Shown here: one piece after another, positions 15,200 through 29,100 of the stretch
How the letters are laid out: each line of letters starts with the position of its first letter
Numbering within the stretch: position 1 is the stretch's first letter
Origin: the human T2T-CHM13v2.0 reference genome, Homo sapiens
Strand: one strand, 5' to 3'
NCBI RefSeq assembly: GCF_009914755.1
Contig: NC_060930.1
DNA: 64,000 nt
Notes under the pieces: model-generated
Database searches by the model: none
Told to the model about the DNA's origin: nothing
What the model saw: only the letters and a program-made list of their open reading frames with translations
Made by a program: the position numbers and the translations under genes

Positions 15200-16250
15200 T
15201 TCCCTTTCTTCTCTTATGCCCTACTTATCTCAGTGATGTCATCATGCTCAGGACTTTAATAATCACTTCCACATAGACAGGGCTTAAATATTTGTCTTCT
15301 ACTAACTTCTCTCCTCAGATTTACTTCCCTGTTCCTACCTGCCCACTGAATAACCATCAGGTCGACCTCAATTCTTCTTTTCCCTACCCTGACCCACATA
15401 CCACTACCCCCAACTTCTGTGTAAGTCCTCTAACTTATCTACTTATGGCACTGGTGATTTATTTTGATCCTGCTGTAAATATCAAACCTTGCTTTCACCC
15501 TTTGTTGTCACCTGTAAAAATCACTAGGTACTAGAGGATCTACCTTCACCATGTCTATCACGTTCACGTTCTCTTTTAAATTCTCATTATCACCTTACTT
15601 GTTCAAGACTGTTAAACACTCAGTGCTAGATAATTTATCATAGACTCAAAACTGCTTATTCCAAATCTATGTTTTCATCATTTTATTGTCACTACTACTA
15701 CATTAATCTTCCTACATATGTATATGGAGCATTTCTTTGATTATACCAATTTTTTAAAAAGTTTCTCAAATACAAACTCAATGCTTTCTATGTATTTATA
15801 GACTTAGCATTCATGATTTTAATTCTTCCACCATGTTTCAAGAAAGCTACATTAGTAAGAGCTCCCTGCTTCTGCCTTGTTCTTTCTTACCCTTTTTTAT
15901 CTTCCATATGAGATTGTTCCCCTACAATCATGACTGACTGACATTAAACCTATAATTCAAGTCTCAGTGTAGGTACCACGGTCTCCATTGAGTAATTCTA
16001 TTCACTTTTCAAGCTTAGACAGCGAAAACATATGTAACACAACTTTTCGTTGTTCACAGGATTCACCACAGTGCCTTGCACATTGCAAGTAACTGATACC
16101 TGTTTGATGAATGCAAGGATAGATTTGTTTTTCTTGGGTTCCATGTACTTATTATCACTATGTGCTGTAGAATAAAGACCTTTGAGAGCAGGGGCCTTGT
16201 CCTGTGTTTCATGTTTCATTTCTCCACAGTTCCCAGTAACGTTCCAAAAA
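15200..16250 (+). mobile_element. Degraded L2 fragments
   Basis: L2-like body and tail (CACAGTGCCTTGCACATTGCAAG...TGTTTGATGAATG; GAGAGCAGGGGCCTTGTCCTG); boundaries approximate. Confidence 0.5.
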
Positions 16251-17099
16251 CACTTAAAAATAAGAGAAAAGGGTAAATTTTATTTATATTGTTGGTTTTG
16301 AAGAGAGCAGATAGTTCTATCTCACAGTTAGAAATATGAAATGACAGCTAGCTGTGGTTAGAATGAGCCATGCCCAGAGGCCTAATTTGAGTTATCAAAA
16401 ATGCAATTTCAGCAGCAGGAGCAACAACCACTGTAACCACCATCCGTTTGGAGCAAAATATGATAGGCCTTACACTCAAAAAGGCTCAGCATTTGTGATA
16501 AAGAAAAATCGAAACAGAAGCCAATAAAAGGAATGGTCAAAGGGTCCTTTGGTGCTGTTGATGTCTTCACCAGCAGACAGGACTGAACACGGGATACTGG
16601 AGTTGGGGGGATTCTGAGCCACACCTTGTGTGAAAGGGGCTTAAATTTTCACTTCAGCTTCCTAAGAGGGGATTCACTAACATAGGTCTATTTTCTTCTT
16701 GCAGATTTGGTGATGAATAAGGCAAAGTATAGAAGAGGGAGAAGGCCTCCCTTTTCTGGCACACAATACAAATGTGGCCTAAACTCTGTTTTAAAAACAA
16801 TTTGGGAAAGTGTTCTTTACCGGCTCTTGGTGGTGAGAGGCTTATATGAGGTGATTGATAAGGACCTTAGAGGGTTTTTTTTAAGCATAAATTTTCTCCA
16901 TTCTCTTTTTTTCTTTTTTTCTCCCTCATGAGTATTTAGACCCTGACCAGTTTTATAGAAAGACCAGCTCAAGGAAAATAGGTTACTGAAAATGAGCTTT
17001 AGAGAAAACAGTCCTAGGGTTAAATCCCAACTCTTTCACTAGGGTAAAACAAAGATAATTACAAACAAAATGAAACAAAACAACAAATATGAACAAAAA

Positions 17100-17330
17100 A
17101 TAATAGCAGCTTCTATCTGTTGAGCACTTACTCTGTATCAGTCACTATGCTGAGAACTATCCATTTATTTTTTCATTTACTCTTCATATCAGTCCTGTGA
17201 GGAAGGTATTACTATTTGCATTGTGCAGGTGAAGAAAATTTAGCTTCAGAAAAGTTTTGGTCTCGATTATGTGAATGTAAAGACTATTTTCTTCATCCTT
17301 GTGGTTTGCCCCTCTGATTCTACAATGCTG
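17100..17330 (-). mobile_element. MIR
   Basis: TGTTGAGCACTTACTCTGTATCAGTCACTATGCTGAG...CCTGTGAGGAAGGTATTACTAT. Confidence 0.65.
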
Positions 17331-18122
17331 CCCCTTAATTAACTCCTCTGAACATCAGACAGATGGAAAAGCAGAGTCTAGCCATATTCCCTTCTGATAG
17401 TGAATTCTGTGCATTGGATTTAAATTTAGGATATTTTATTCCATATTAAAGAGTTTCTTAACTTTATTTCACTTTGTACTGTTCAGACTTGGCTTACATT
17501 TGGTACTCATGAGCAGCAGCAAAAGTAAAATGAATTGCAAGTTACTGGCTCAAAGGAAAGGCTTTTTTTTATACTGAAATTTTTGAGCACTTAAGTAAAC
17601 AATCAGAAGCATGAGGGCCATATGAACAATATATTAATATGTCTTCACAGAGTTTACAGATTCAAAGCAAACACTTTTGGAAAGGATAAAGATCATTCAT
17701 TAGTAATTTTTAATCAGTACCATAATTAGAATTCTAAGAAGAATTGTTAAGACTGTGTAATGGTTAATTTTATGTGTCAACTTGCATGGGCCATGATACC
17801 CATTATTCTGATTGTTTCTGTGATGTGTTTTTGGATAAGATTTCATTTAAGTCAGTGGACTTTGAGTAGGAGACTGCCCTCTATGCTATTGCTAGGCCTT
17901 AACCTATCAGTTGAAGGCCTGGATACAACAAAAGATCAACCTTCCTCAAGCAAGAGGGAATTCTCCAGGAGACTGCTTTTGGACTTCTGCAACATCAGCT
18001 CTTCCTGGTCCCTCAGCACACTCACTGCGGTTCTTTCCAGAGTCTCCAGCTTGCCCACCTCCCCTTCATACTATGGGCTCACCAAGCCTCCAAAATCATA
18101 TGAGCCAATTCCTTAAAATGTT

Positions 18123-18123
18123 T

Positions 18124-18154
<31 letters not shown>
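18123..18154. repeat. (TG)n microsatellite
   Basis: Interrupted TG run inside MLT2 next to the MER2 insertion. Confidence 0.9.
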
Positions 18155-18155
<1 letters not shown>

Positions 18156-18156
18156 T

Positions 18157-18489
18157 CAGTTGTCCCTCAGTATCCATGGGGAATTGGATTCAGGACCTCC
18201 ATAAGTTACCAAAATCCGTGGATGCTCAAGTCCCTAATATAAAATGGCATAGCATTTGCATATAGCCTATGCACATCCTTCCATATACTTTAAATCATCT
18301 CTAGATTACTTACAATGATTAGTGCAATATATATGCTATGTAAACAGTTATTTACCCTATTGTTTAGGGACTAATGACCAAAAAGTCTGTACATGTTTGG
18401 TAGAGATGCAACTTTAGTTTCTGAATATTTTAGATTCATAGTTGGTTGAATCAATGGATACAGAACTCACAGATACAGAGGGTTGACTG
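18157..18489 (+). mobile_element. MER2 (Tigger-derived) element
   Basis: CAGTTGTCCCTCAGTATCC...GATACAGAGGGTTGACTG terminal inverted repeats followed by TA; about 333 bp. Confidence 0.9.
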
Positions 18490-19399
18490 TATATACATAT
18501 ATATCTTGTTGGTTCTGTTTCTCTGGAGAACCTTAAGTAGTACAGACTGTTATAGCAGCATCAATCCATACTTGAGGAAAAGTTTCATCATTCTTTTGAA
18601 ATTTTGAAATGAATAATTCCATTGGATTAGAAATCTATTAGGATGACCAGCACACATTTTGAGATAATCACATTCAATGAAAGAACACAAAGAGCTATTA
18701 GGTTTAAGGGTTTCAATTATTAGAGACCATTTACATAGTTTAAGTTATTTAAATTCTGGTTAATGTTGAGAAAGAAGTTTGTATCAATATAGAAAGAGTG
18801 ATTAATACATCTCTGCCATTTGCTACTACCAGTTTGTAAGACTAAAGTTTCCTGTAGATTGATGACTATTATGATTTCAGAGAGGTCATCATTTAACAGT
18901 GTTGATTAGAAATTTGGTGAAGTCACTTGAAGCACAAATCCTGGTATAAAGGCTATATTTATATTTATAAACTGAAATTTCTTACTAGAACAAATTTTAA
19001 AGATTTTCTTTCAACATTTTATAAAAATTAAATTATTTGTTTTTTCCCTAAAACTTTATAATTTATTTTTTATTGTAATTATATAACCGAAATAAAAGGC
19101 AATGATTACTTTTTAAACCAGGATCTATGTAGATGCTAAAACCCTCCACACCAGTGTACCACATAAATATTATGTTTCTATGTATCATAATGTGAAAAAG
19201 ATTAAAAGTGCTGTTGTAGAGAACAAAAAAATTGGACTCTTTTTCTAAAGGCAATATAGAATAATTGAACTCGGTAAAACTAAAAGGACATGAAAGATTT
19301 TAATATAATTCTGCTTGCCACATTATACCTAGATGGTTTTGAGGTTTCATGCCAGGAAGTGCTTTAGAGATGTTTCAGATTTTAAAAGATTTCAGCTAC

Positions 19400-19660
19400 A
19401 GCTGCCTCATCATGATGAACAAGACAAGACAAGACCAGATACATACAGACCATCTGAGGTTGTTGCAATAATCCAGGTGAGAGATGATGTAGTTTGAATC
19501 AGGGTAGTGTCAGTGGTAAGGAGAGAAGTAGAAAGATATAGGAGATATTTATGAATTAGACTCAATGGGATTTTTATTGATTTTTTGTGAAGGGTAATGA
19601 AGAGAGAGGGAAAAATAAAGGTTTCTGGCTTAAACAACATAAATTGGCAACAGTACCAAT
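19400..19660 (-). mobile_element. L2 fragment
   Basis: GTTGTTGCAATAATCCAGGTGAGAGATGATG...GGTTTCTGGCTTAAACAAC. Confidence 0.65.
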
Positions 19661-20336
19661 GAAGAGCTCTGTGTTACCCAAGAGTGTGGTGTAGCATGAC
19701 ATTCACATTAATCCTCACCTTCTTCATCCACAGAGCATGTGGCGGCCCTCAGATCCTGTCCTCAAAGAGGCCAAGGAGCACAAGAAAACCATCAGCCCCT
19801 TGATATTTTCTGCTTTGACCAAAAATAATGCGAATAGCTTTTTCCTCTTTCACAATGTCTCACAGCCCTTCCCAGAATTCTGGGTCACGTAAAAGGAACA
19901 CCATTCAGAGCTATCTAACCTAAATTTAGGCAACTATATTGTAGCTTCTTGACCTAATCTGTATTTCCCTGAAGTGGAATCTTACTTCTTAATCATTCCC
20001 ACCTACCCCCATTATAATATGTATCGTTGTAGTACAAATTGTATTTGTTTAAGGAAATTGGGTGCCTTTGGGGGATTTCCTCTTCAGGAGTGGAAAAGAC
20101 AACCAGACAGGGAAGTAGTATTAATAGATCAGAACACATTCAAGATTGAGGAGGATCTTGGAAACCTTGATCCATCTTTTTTTTTTTATTTTACAGACAG
20201 AAAAATTGCAGTCCAGAGGTAAGGTACCATAGGCTGGGACAAGGGAAGATACAGGACAGAATGTGAAAGAAGGTTACCAGAAATAGAGATGTAGATAAAT
20301 TAATGAGTCAGCTCAATTCTTCTATCTTAATCACCA

Positions 20337-20502
20337 CAATATTTCACCAAAATTAAGATATCAACAGTTGTAAGGTGTGAAAAAAAGCACTGCCCATTAA
20401 ATTTTGACAAAATGCTAAGATGTCACCACTGTAAGATATATCTCAATTTCAGATTTGTTAAGTATTAAACATATTTCGGTGTCTTAGAATTGAGAAACTC
20501 TG
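20337..20502 (-). mobile_element. MER104-like (Tc2) element
   Basis: Degenerate termini CAATATTTCACCAAAATTAAGAT / GTCTTAGAATTGAGAAACTCTG; about 165 bp. Confidence 0.5.
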
Positions 20503-23500
20503 ATAGCAAACTTTCCAATCAAAATTCCTATGGCACAACAAACAAAAATTACAAAAAAAATAAAAAACAATTTCTATGGCAGATGGTGACATTTCTAGCC
20601 TACTTTTAAAAGTCAAGAATCTCTTAAACACTATGATACCACTATGATACACAATCAGAAATTATATCCACTCAAGACTCTAAAACTCTTATTTTTTTCT
20701 ATATTATAGAAAAATGAACTTACAATTATGTGTTTGGGCTCATTCAAAATTTTGGTTACAAAAAATTCCAATGATATGTAATTAGTTATTCATATTGAAT
20801 GACTATAAACCTCTTATATAATTTGAAGAGGTCACAAACCACAGACTTCTACCTTCTGCTTTATTTCAAAGCTTATAGCAGTCTAAGTAACTCTGGAAAC
20901 ATTCAGATGATACAAAATGCACACTTACTTTTATTTTGTAAGCATCCCTTAAACATGAGTCATTAGATAAATTTCTTGTTCTAAGTAAATTTACTGGATT
21001 ATTATTAAGTAATAAAATATTAAGCCAAAAATGGATAATGAGAGCACATGCTCTAAATTGAAGGAAGGAAAAAATAAGAAAATATGTGATGTAGTAAAGT
21101 GCATGAACATGTAAATGTTTTCCAGCCTTCTTAAGTAGGAACTGTTTTTTCTTTTGAGAGTACATTCTTGCATGACATGCATGGAATAACATTTTGGGGG
21201 TGTAATTAGAAAAGCAGCACTGAAATCTACCTTCCTGCAATGTGGCATGACTTAACCCTAAGAGGAGGAGTATAATATCAAAGCATACATTTTGCTTTAA
21301 GTTGACAGATCACTTGGAATCGTCTCCCAACAGACTTACTATGGTTGAGAAATGCATATTTCAGATTTGTCATAAGAGATTATCGTATGTTCTGCTCACC
21401 ACATTGCGTCTAGGTGGCCTTTGGGTTTCAATGCTGGGAAGTACACTTCTTATATTTCAGAATTTAAGAGCTTTTGGAAACAACAACCTCATTGCATTCT
21501 TCAGAGGGACATGTTACACAAACACTCAGAAAATTACATAGATTAATATAGACTCAAGGAGTCTATATTCAAGGCAAGGAGTTTAATGCAGAAAAACATC
21601 AAGACAATATTAAAAGATTCCATACTCCTGACTTTCTTATACAAATCTTGTGTATTGTAAACAAAACAAAATAAAACAGCTCCTTAAAAAATTCTACTTT
21701 CAGTTGTATTATCTCTTAGATGTTCTTTTATTAAAGTTTAGAGAATCTCAATATTTGCTATTCTTTTCATTAAAACTTTATTTGAGATTTGCTGGTAATG
21801 TCTAACACTGGTTTTATTTGATCTCACATTAAAGTCACAATACTTTTTAAGAGTACAGATGAAATATCATTCAATATAATTTTTCACAAATCTTTAGCAA
21901 TGTATGGAAATAGAGGGGGCATCAAATGATATCAGAAGTAGAGTTTTCTTTCACACCTTTACTTCCTTCAGTTTCAGGGGAGAAAATGAAGATGATGTGC
22001 TTAAGTAAGAAATACCAGACAGAACAGAAGTGAGCAGGGTGCTATAGCTTTGCTGCTGGTTGTCTATTTGATAAACTTTTATTAGAACAGGCAAAAATAT
22101 GCAAACATCAAATCCATCAAACTGACCAAACTCAGCAACAGTTAACCAAGATTACCCACAAGAAGAAAAAGATAGGAGTGGTACTATATGAATTAGCCAT
22201 TGGGTGATCCCTGCCATCCAAAAATTGTCATCCAAAATTTTCTTCCTATTTTTTTTAATCCTCAAGGATTATTATAAGTGATTTTCACAATTGCAAAGTA
22301 AACTGAAGCTCCAGGAAAAGGATTTTAAAATAGTTTATGTTTAAATATCATAATTTATCTTTACCTACTCCTCGTTTTCTTCTTATGAAAACATGTGTTT
22401 TTTTAATCTTGTGGACCATCTTTTTTTTGCAGCCCAAGTAATTGAGATTGACCATGCAATTATTATGTCCAACCACCAGTAGTTCAATTTCATAATAAAT
22501 TTTATCTTGAGTTTAAACACTAACTAATTCATCATGTACCAAATGACTCTCCTAAGGGTGCATATGTGTACAAGGGTGTGTGTGCATACCTGTGCATCTT
22601 CAGAATTGTAAAAAATTTCAATAGGCTACAATCCCAAAAGCGCAAATCTCTTATTGTAATTTATGTGCTAAAAATAATAGTGTACTTTAGTAAATTTCTG
22701 ACCTACTGACCAACTTTATTTTCAGCAAGATTTCGTGTGGAATTTGTAATTTCATTTATTCAGCCTATTAACTAAGCTAAAAAGACTACGGCAACTCTGC
22801 AGAGAGTTACCTAATTTAGTTGTGTAACTGGAAATGAAGATGTGTCCTTCCCTTGTTAGAGCAAGCGGAAGGGATTCAACTGTGATGTTGTTCTAGGGAC
22901 CTGCGTGGGATTCAGAGATGAGATGCCTTCTGGCTTACTTCACTGTAGGCCATCCTGGGAAATTTCAAGTCGTTCATAAATATACATACCAAAATCAAAT
23001 TCTAAATTACAAACAGAATAAGATGAGTAAGCAAAGATCAAAGTGAAGAAGGTGTGGAATTTTGGAGTGCCAGTGGGTAGAATGGTGTGCCATGGGAAGG
23101 AGAGAGGAGCATCCTGGAGACGCTCCTTTCACCAACAAGGTAAGGGAGTGGTTTATCAAATTTCTTTGGTCCATAGGTATTGACAAACGTTGTGGGCTTC
23201 AGGTTCTAGCCTAGGGCAGAACAAAGCCGACAACCTGCAAAACTAGTTAGATCTCTTTTGACTGATAGGATTCAAAGACCAACTAATAGGTTTTATGGCA
23301 CTTTCACACTCATGAGTCAGTTTCTTGACACATTTTGTCTCCTTGTTTTTTTTATCCTGAGGGCATTTATTTAAATATGTATTCACCACTGACATTTTAG
23401 GATATTCTAGAAAACATCAAAGCAGGAAATCTTGTTGAGCAAGACTTTAAACCACCATCCCAACCCAACACATACTTCTAATCTTTGATGCTAGCTAGAC

Positions 23501-25409
23501 ATGATTTTATGAAGACGTGAGCTGAGAGTCTTTTACAGCAGTGTGCGTATATGAGAATCAGACTAGTGGTGTTGAGAAAGTTTTAAATGTCATATTCAGC
23601 AGTTTAATTACTGTGTGTGTGTGTGTGTGCATGTAATCATGCTTATTTGGCTATTAACCTCAAGGTAAGGGATGAGATTTTTTATACTCATTGAAAGGGA
23701 ACCTGGGCTAAAAAGTTGAGAGATGCATTCCTATTTTATGTGGCATTAGGGCTAAGTATGCTTGCTTTCCAATCTACAAGGGTGAGTGGAGGCAGAGCAC
23801 ACATATTTGTCGTGTATGGCACAGGCAGCTGAGAGTTGCAGTGAAAAAGGCTGAAAGGCTGAACTGCAATGTGGAAGGCTGAGACATGCTGGTCTCTTGA
23901 CCCTGTATCTTAGATCATCTTGGTCAACAGTAGAGTATTGTTACATGATATCACACTGCTTCTCCTTTCATGTACTGGATTCATGCTTTTAAAAGAATTT
24001 ATTGATGTTTCTAGTGCAGATTTATAACTACCAAATTCATCTTAAGTACTCACCTTGCAGGTCACTTCATACTCAAGGTTATAGACAGCATTCCTAAGCT
24101 TTGTCCTCATGGAGCTCATTAAGGAGCGTAGAACGTAATGGAACTAAAGACTGAGACATAGACAGGTGGAAGTACAATATGGCACCGTTGGCCTTAGCAA
24201 TGTATATAATACACCAAAGGATGGAAGGATAAATATTTGTTGAAATATTTTTGTTAAAACACATTATTCTGGACTTATGCACAAGCAATAAAAAGATAAA
24301 AGTAGACATATGAAGGATTGTTTCAACAAATAGAAAGGGCATTAATAGGTTTTGCCAAAATCCTTAAAGACATAATTTGTATATCTTTTGTCATAAAGTC
24401 ATGTGACATATATTTATAGAGAAATATAAAAATACATGTGGGCTAAATGTTTGTGGCTAAAAATACTTAATAAATCAAGTGCCCTATTAGAATTTGGCTG
24501 GAGATGTTGATGTTATTTTAGTTTCCGTGAGCAACTACTAGGATACTTTTGGCAAATGAGGTGGTTAAAGGAGGGTCGTAAAAAATAATCATAAATTATT
24601 ACAGGTTTTATGGCATACAATTCACAGTGTTTTCCAAATTTGTGGCCTAAGCTATGTATCTGTGATGGATGAAAATCTCATTTTTTAATTCCAAAAATTC
24701 ACAAAATATATTTCCAGATTATTGTTTTCAAGGATCCTTTAGCAATAAAATAAGCAGTTAAAATGAATATCCTCTGCATCACACTAAGAAGCAGAGAATA
24801 ACTTGTGGCTAGGTATCCCAAATTTCAAGTCAGGTTCCTTCTAGACACATCTGTGCACCAAATGAAAATGCAAAGCATTTCATTATATAGTATATCATTT
24901 GATTTCCAATTAATAAATGGAAGACTTACTTCTAACAGTTTCTTTCTCTGTTCACATCTAGATATATAATATGAAATGTGGAAGGAAGTTCTAGTTTGAT
25001 AGTGTCTCAATTACAATTGCCAAAAGTAATTATCTATATTTCCAAAAAAGACAGTCATCTCTCTTTCAGGCAGTAGACAAAACATTTTAAATGGGTTTTA
25101 AACACTCCTTCTACATGAGTGTATCTCTTTCCCAATGAACCTCAGTACACTTTGTTATTAGCTATCCTTGCTGTTAGGCAGAGGAATTGCAAAATTTATT
25201 CTGCATATCCTTATCTTTACTACTATTGGAAAAGCAGAAAAGATTGCTGAAATAGCTTCATTTACTGAGTGTTGGAACAAACTTACCAGTTAAGAATAAT
25301 TGTAGAGTATAAATAATGAAAAAATGTATTGAGGAAAGAAAGGAAAAATATTATATTGTCTGTTTTATAATTCAAGCTAAGATGGCAAGAAATGACTTAA
25401 AAATGTGTT

Positions 25410-26150
25410 TTGTTTTTAAATTATAGATTCACAGGAAGTTGAAAATGGAAAAAAGTAGTATTACCTTCCACTCAGTTTCCCCCAGTGGTTGCCTGCTACA
25501 CAACTGTAGGACAGTATCAAAACCAGAAAAATCAACATTGCTACAATATTAATACTTTATCATGGGTGTAGATTTGTGTAATGACCACCACAATCAAGAC
25601 ACAGAACTGTGACATCACCACAAATGTCACTCTTTTCTCTCCTTATCCTTTTATAGCACTCTCCTGCCGCCATCCATAACCTCTGGCAACCTTTAATTTG
25701 TTCTCCATCTCTGTAATTTTGTCATTTCCAGCATGCTATATAAATGGAATCATACAATACACGGCCTTTAGAGACTGGCTCTTCTCCACACAGCATGGTA
25801 CCCTTGAGATTCATCCAAGCAGTTGCATATATGAACAGTTCATTTATTTTCATTGGAATAAATGCCCAGCAGTATCAATGCTGGGTCATATAATAAGTGT
25901 ATGTTGAATTTTTAAGAAACTACCAAACTGTTTTCCAGAATGACTGTAACATTTTACATTCTCCCCAGCAATGTATGAGAGATCCAGTTTCTCTGCATCC
26001 TCCCCTGCATCTGGTATTGTCACTATTTTCACTTTGGCTGTTCTAATAGGTGTTTGATGATACTTCATTATGGTCTCAGATTGCATTTCCTTAATGCTAA
26101 TGATTTTGAACATCTTTTCATGTACTTATTGTCATCTGTATATCCTCTTC
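25410..26150 (-). mobile_element. L1MC-type 3' fragment
   Basis: ATAGATTCACAGGAAGTTG...CAGTTTCCCCCAGTGGT...CCACCACAATCAAGACACAGAAC followed by an antisense ORF2 end. Confidence 0.8.
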
Positions 26151-29100
26151 AAATAAGTTATGTCTATTTATTTTAAATATATTTATAGGATACAAATTGA
26201 TATCACAGAATATCAAGTGATTTCTTTAAATAGTAAGTATATTTGTTAATCAAATATGTTGGATTTTTCTGTAAAGGGTCCTTGGTGACAACCCCAGGAA
26301 TTATATGCAATAAAATTACAATGGATATACAATTCTATAATCAAGGACTGTTAGTCGAGTTTAAGAAACATTTTCAAACAGTAAAAAAAAATATAAATAG
26401 CAAACTCCCCAAATAAACCAAGTAAAATAAAAAGCTAAACCCTCAATGTTTTCCACATAATTTTAAAACCATGAGTAAGGTTGTAATTGTAAGACAATAC
26501 AAAGGAAAGTCTGATGATAATGTTTTGTCTAGAAAAAAAATATTTTGTACAGAATAAGTTGATTTAATGAATGTACTCATAACAATCAGAAGGTGAGAAA
26601 AGGACATTTAATCTAATCACATTTCTACATAGAATAAGTTGTTCAAATGGGTTTCCTTTGTCCTTGTTTTCATTTCTTATTAGTAACACAAGGAAAGCTA
26701 CTGACTCCACACACAATGCGATAAGTAGACTTATCATAGGGGAACCAAATGCTGACATGATAGTTATTGAAACTATATTTTGAAAGTAGCTGACAATTCT
26801 CCTGAATGATTCAATTAACTTAGGTGAAATTATTTATTAATTCATTTAGGCAGTATTCATTAAGTACCCATAGTCTATCTTAACTAATCAAATACTGTGT
26901 AAAACTCTTGGACATATGATATGAACATATAAAACATATTCCATGCTTTTCAGAGACTTAAAATACAATACAGGGAGACAGAATTGTATAAAGCTTAAGA
27001 GCACTAATGTTTCCTTAAAATTTTTTAAAGAAAAAGAATGATATCTGATGGTCCAGTATGGTTACCTCTCTGAACTTATAACAAAACTGTTCTGAATATT
27101 TACTCGATAGAGTTCATTTACACAGTCCTTTGTTCCTATTTATTTTCACTTATAAACTGTTTTTAAAGTCATGAAAAAAAACAGCAAAAAGAGAAAGATG
27201 AAAAGAGATGGTAGCTGAAAGCAACATTCTGTACCTAACAGTTATGAATTATGTTTTATTCATTTTGCTCTATTAATTTCTCCAAAAGATTGTAGTTATT
27301 TCTGGCTAATGGAAATACTATGTATATCTGTTGTGTACTGCAAATATATACATATTTTGGTTATTGAATACCTAAATGCATGTATAGATACTACATTGTA
27401 TATGTGGCCCTGATATGAAAGGCATATTAGAATTTAAGAAGGCATGGTGGGTAGTCATTTCCCATAAATTTGAAGTGTTTCTCAGACTGAAGATCCTAAG
27501 GAAGAAAAAAATGCTTGTGTAAAGGAAGAGTGCTCCCTATAGAGCTGGAAGGATTTTTAAAGAAAGGAAATGGAAATGATTTTTCTGAATTTCACTCAGG
27601 ACCAAATACAAGGACAAGAAAAGATGTGATCTAAGTAGATTTCTTAAGTGTTTCAAATTTGAAAGTGGTTAATGAAGTGTGTTAAAAATATCCATCTCTG
27701 AAAAATATCTAGAATAGAATTTCCCTTTCCAAGATCTAATAGATAAGATGAACTGGATTCCTTCTCCAGGTCACTCTAACCTCTGAGAAATCCATGTGTT
27801 CTCTTCTGTAAGAACAGAGCCTCCTCCTCTCCTCCCCTACCCTGATCAGGTGAGGCAATTGACATTTTGTAACTGCTTTCTTAATGGGAATACCATAATA
27901 AACAGTGCCATCTACTGACTAACGTATGTCATTGAATACCTCTCAATAGTAGCAATTATTCTTGGGATTGGAAATCCTACTGTAATGTTTGTTATATGTT
28001 TACATCAGTCACATGTCATAGATACTTAAAGCTGCAGGTAATGTAGATATCATTTCTTTTTATCTTTTTTGGATTTCTAAGAGATGAGGAGATTGAGATC
28101 CAAAAAGATCAATTTGCCCAAAATTTTGAAGTAGCATTTTTCATTGAGTACCACTGTCAACTGAATCTTGAGATGGTAGGAAATTTAACATTTAGAGCTA
28201 GCAATCAGTCTGCAAAGTTGTCTATCCATTGATAAAAGAGTCTGACAGATGATTAATGAAACAAGCATGAAATCAATATAGCAAAGCAAGTTGGCAAATT
28301 GCTGATGTAAAGTTTGGGGAGAAGTACATGCTGACGTGCAGGCTTACAAAAAAAAATGAAAGAGGAAATAAAGTACTTTGCTTCTCTGTTCTTAACAACA
28401 GATGGTTGCAACTGTTTGATGATTGTTTTAGATGTGTTTTGTCATCACAAAAACATAATATAAAAAATGAATCCATTATGTTTTAAGACACATCTTGTCA
28501 ATACCAATTTATAGCTTGAACTAAAATAAATCTAGCTATACTATATAATCTTTGAATTTATGGCAATTAGGCTGAGTAAAATAGGGTCAACTCAATAAAA
28601 AGGCTTTTTTTCATTATCAATAATTAAGCCCTATTTGGTTTCTATTTGTGCCCAAGAAACCCACTTAATATTTATTTCTATAAATAATATTCTTAATATT
28701 TATTTCTTAATTCTTAATACTTATTTCCATAAATATTAAGTTATTTCTATAAATATTAAGCCACATCTAAATATTGTATTCAGATAGGCTCATAGTTACA
28801 TCATTCACAACATTTTAGTACAGGGCCTTGTTAATGTAAGGGGCTTAACGAATATTTGTGGAGTGGAACACTGGCGGAAAGATATTCTACCTTCTCATTT
28901 AAGGTGGTAAGTTGTCAAGTTGATTACTGTAACGGGCTAAAGTATTTTGTTATTAATGGTTTTAGGCTCATGCAAGTTTATATAAAGCATATGAGAATAT
29001 TAGAAAATATAAAAGCAAGTTTATGTAAATGAGAATATTAGAAAATTTACAGCAACTTAGGAAATTTGGGGTTAATCAGCAGCCAGGTGAATCATATTAG

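Larger units (their letters stand above)
17756..18544 (+). mobile_element. MLT2 (ERVL) solo LTR interrupted by MER2
   Basis: TGTAATGGTTAATTTTATGTGTCAACTTG start, CTCTGGAGAACCTTAAGTAGTACA end, perfect 5-bp TSD GACTG. Confidence 0.9.

Noticed and set aside
17760-18204. 118-aa and 97-aa ORFs
   Set aside because: They lie within the MLT2 LTR, the TG repeat and MER2
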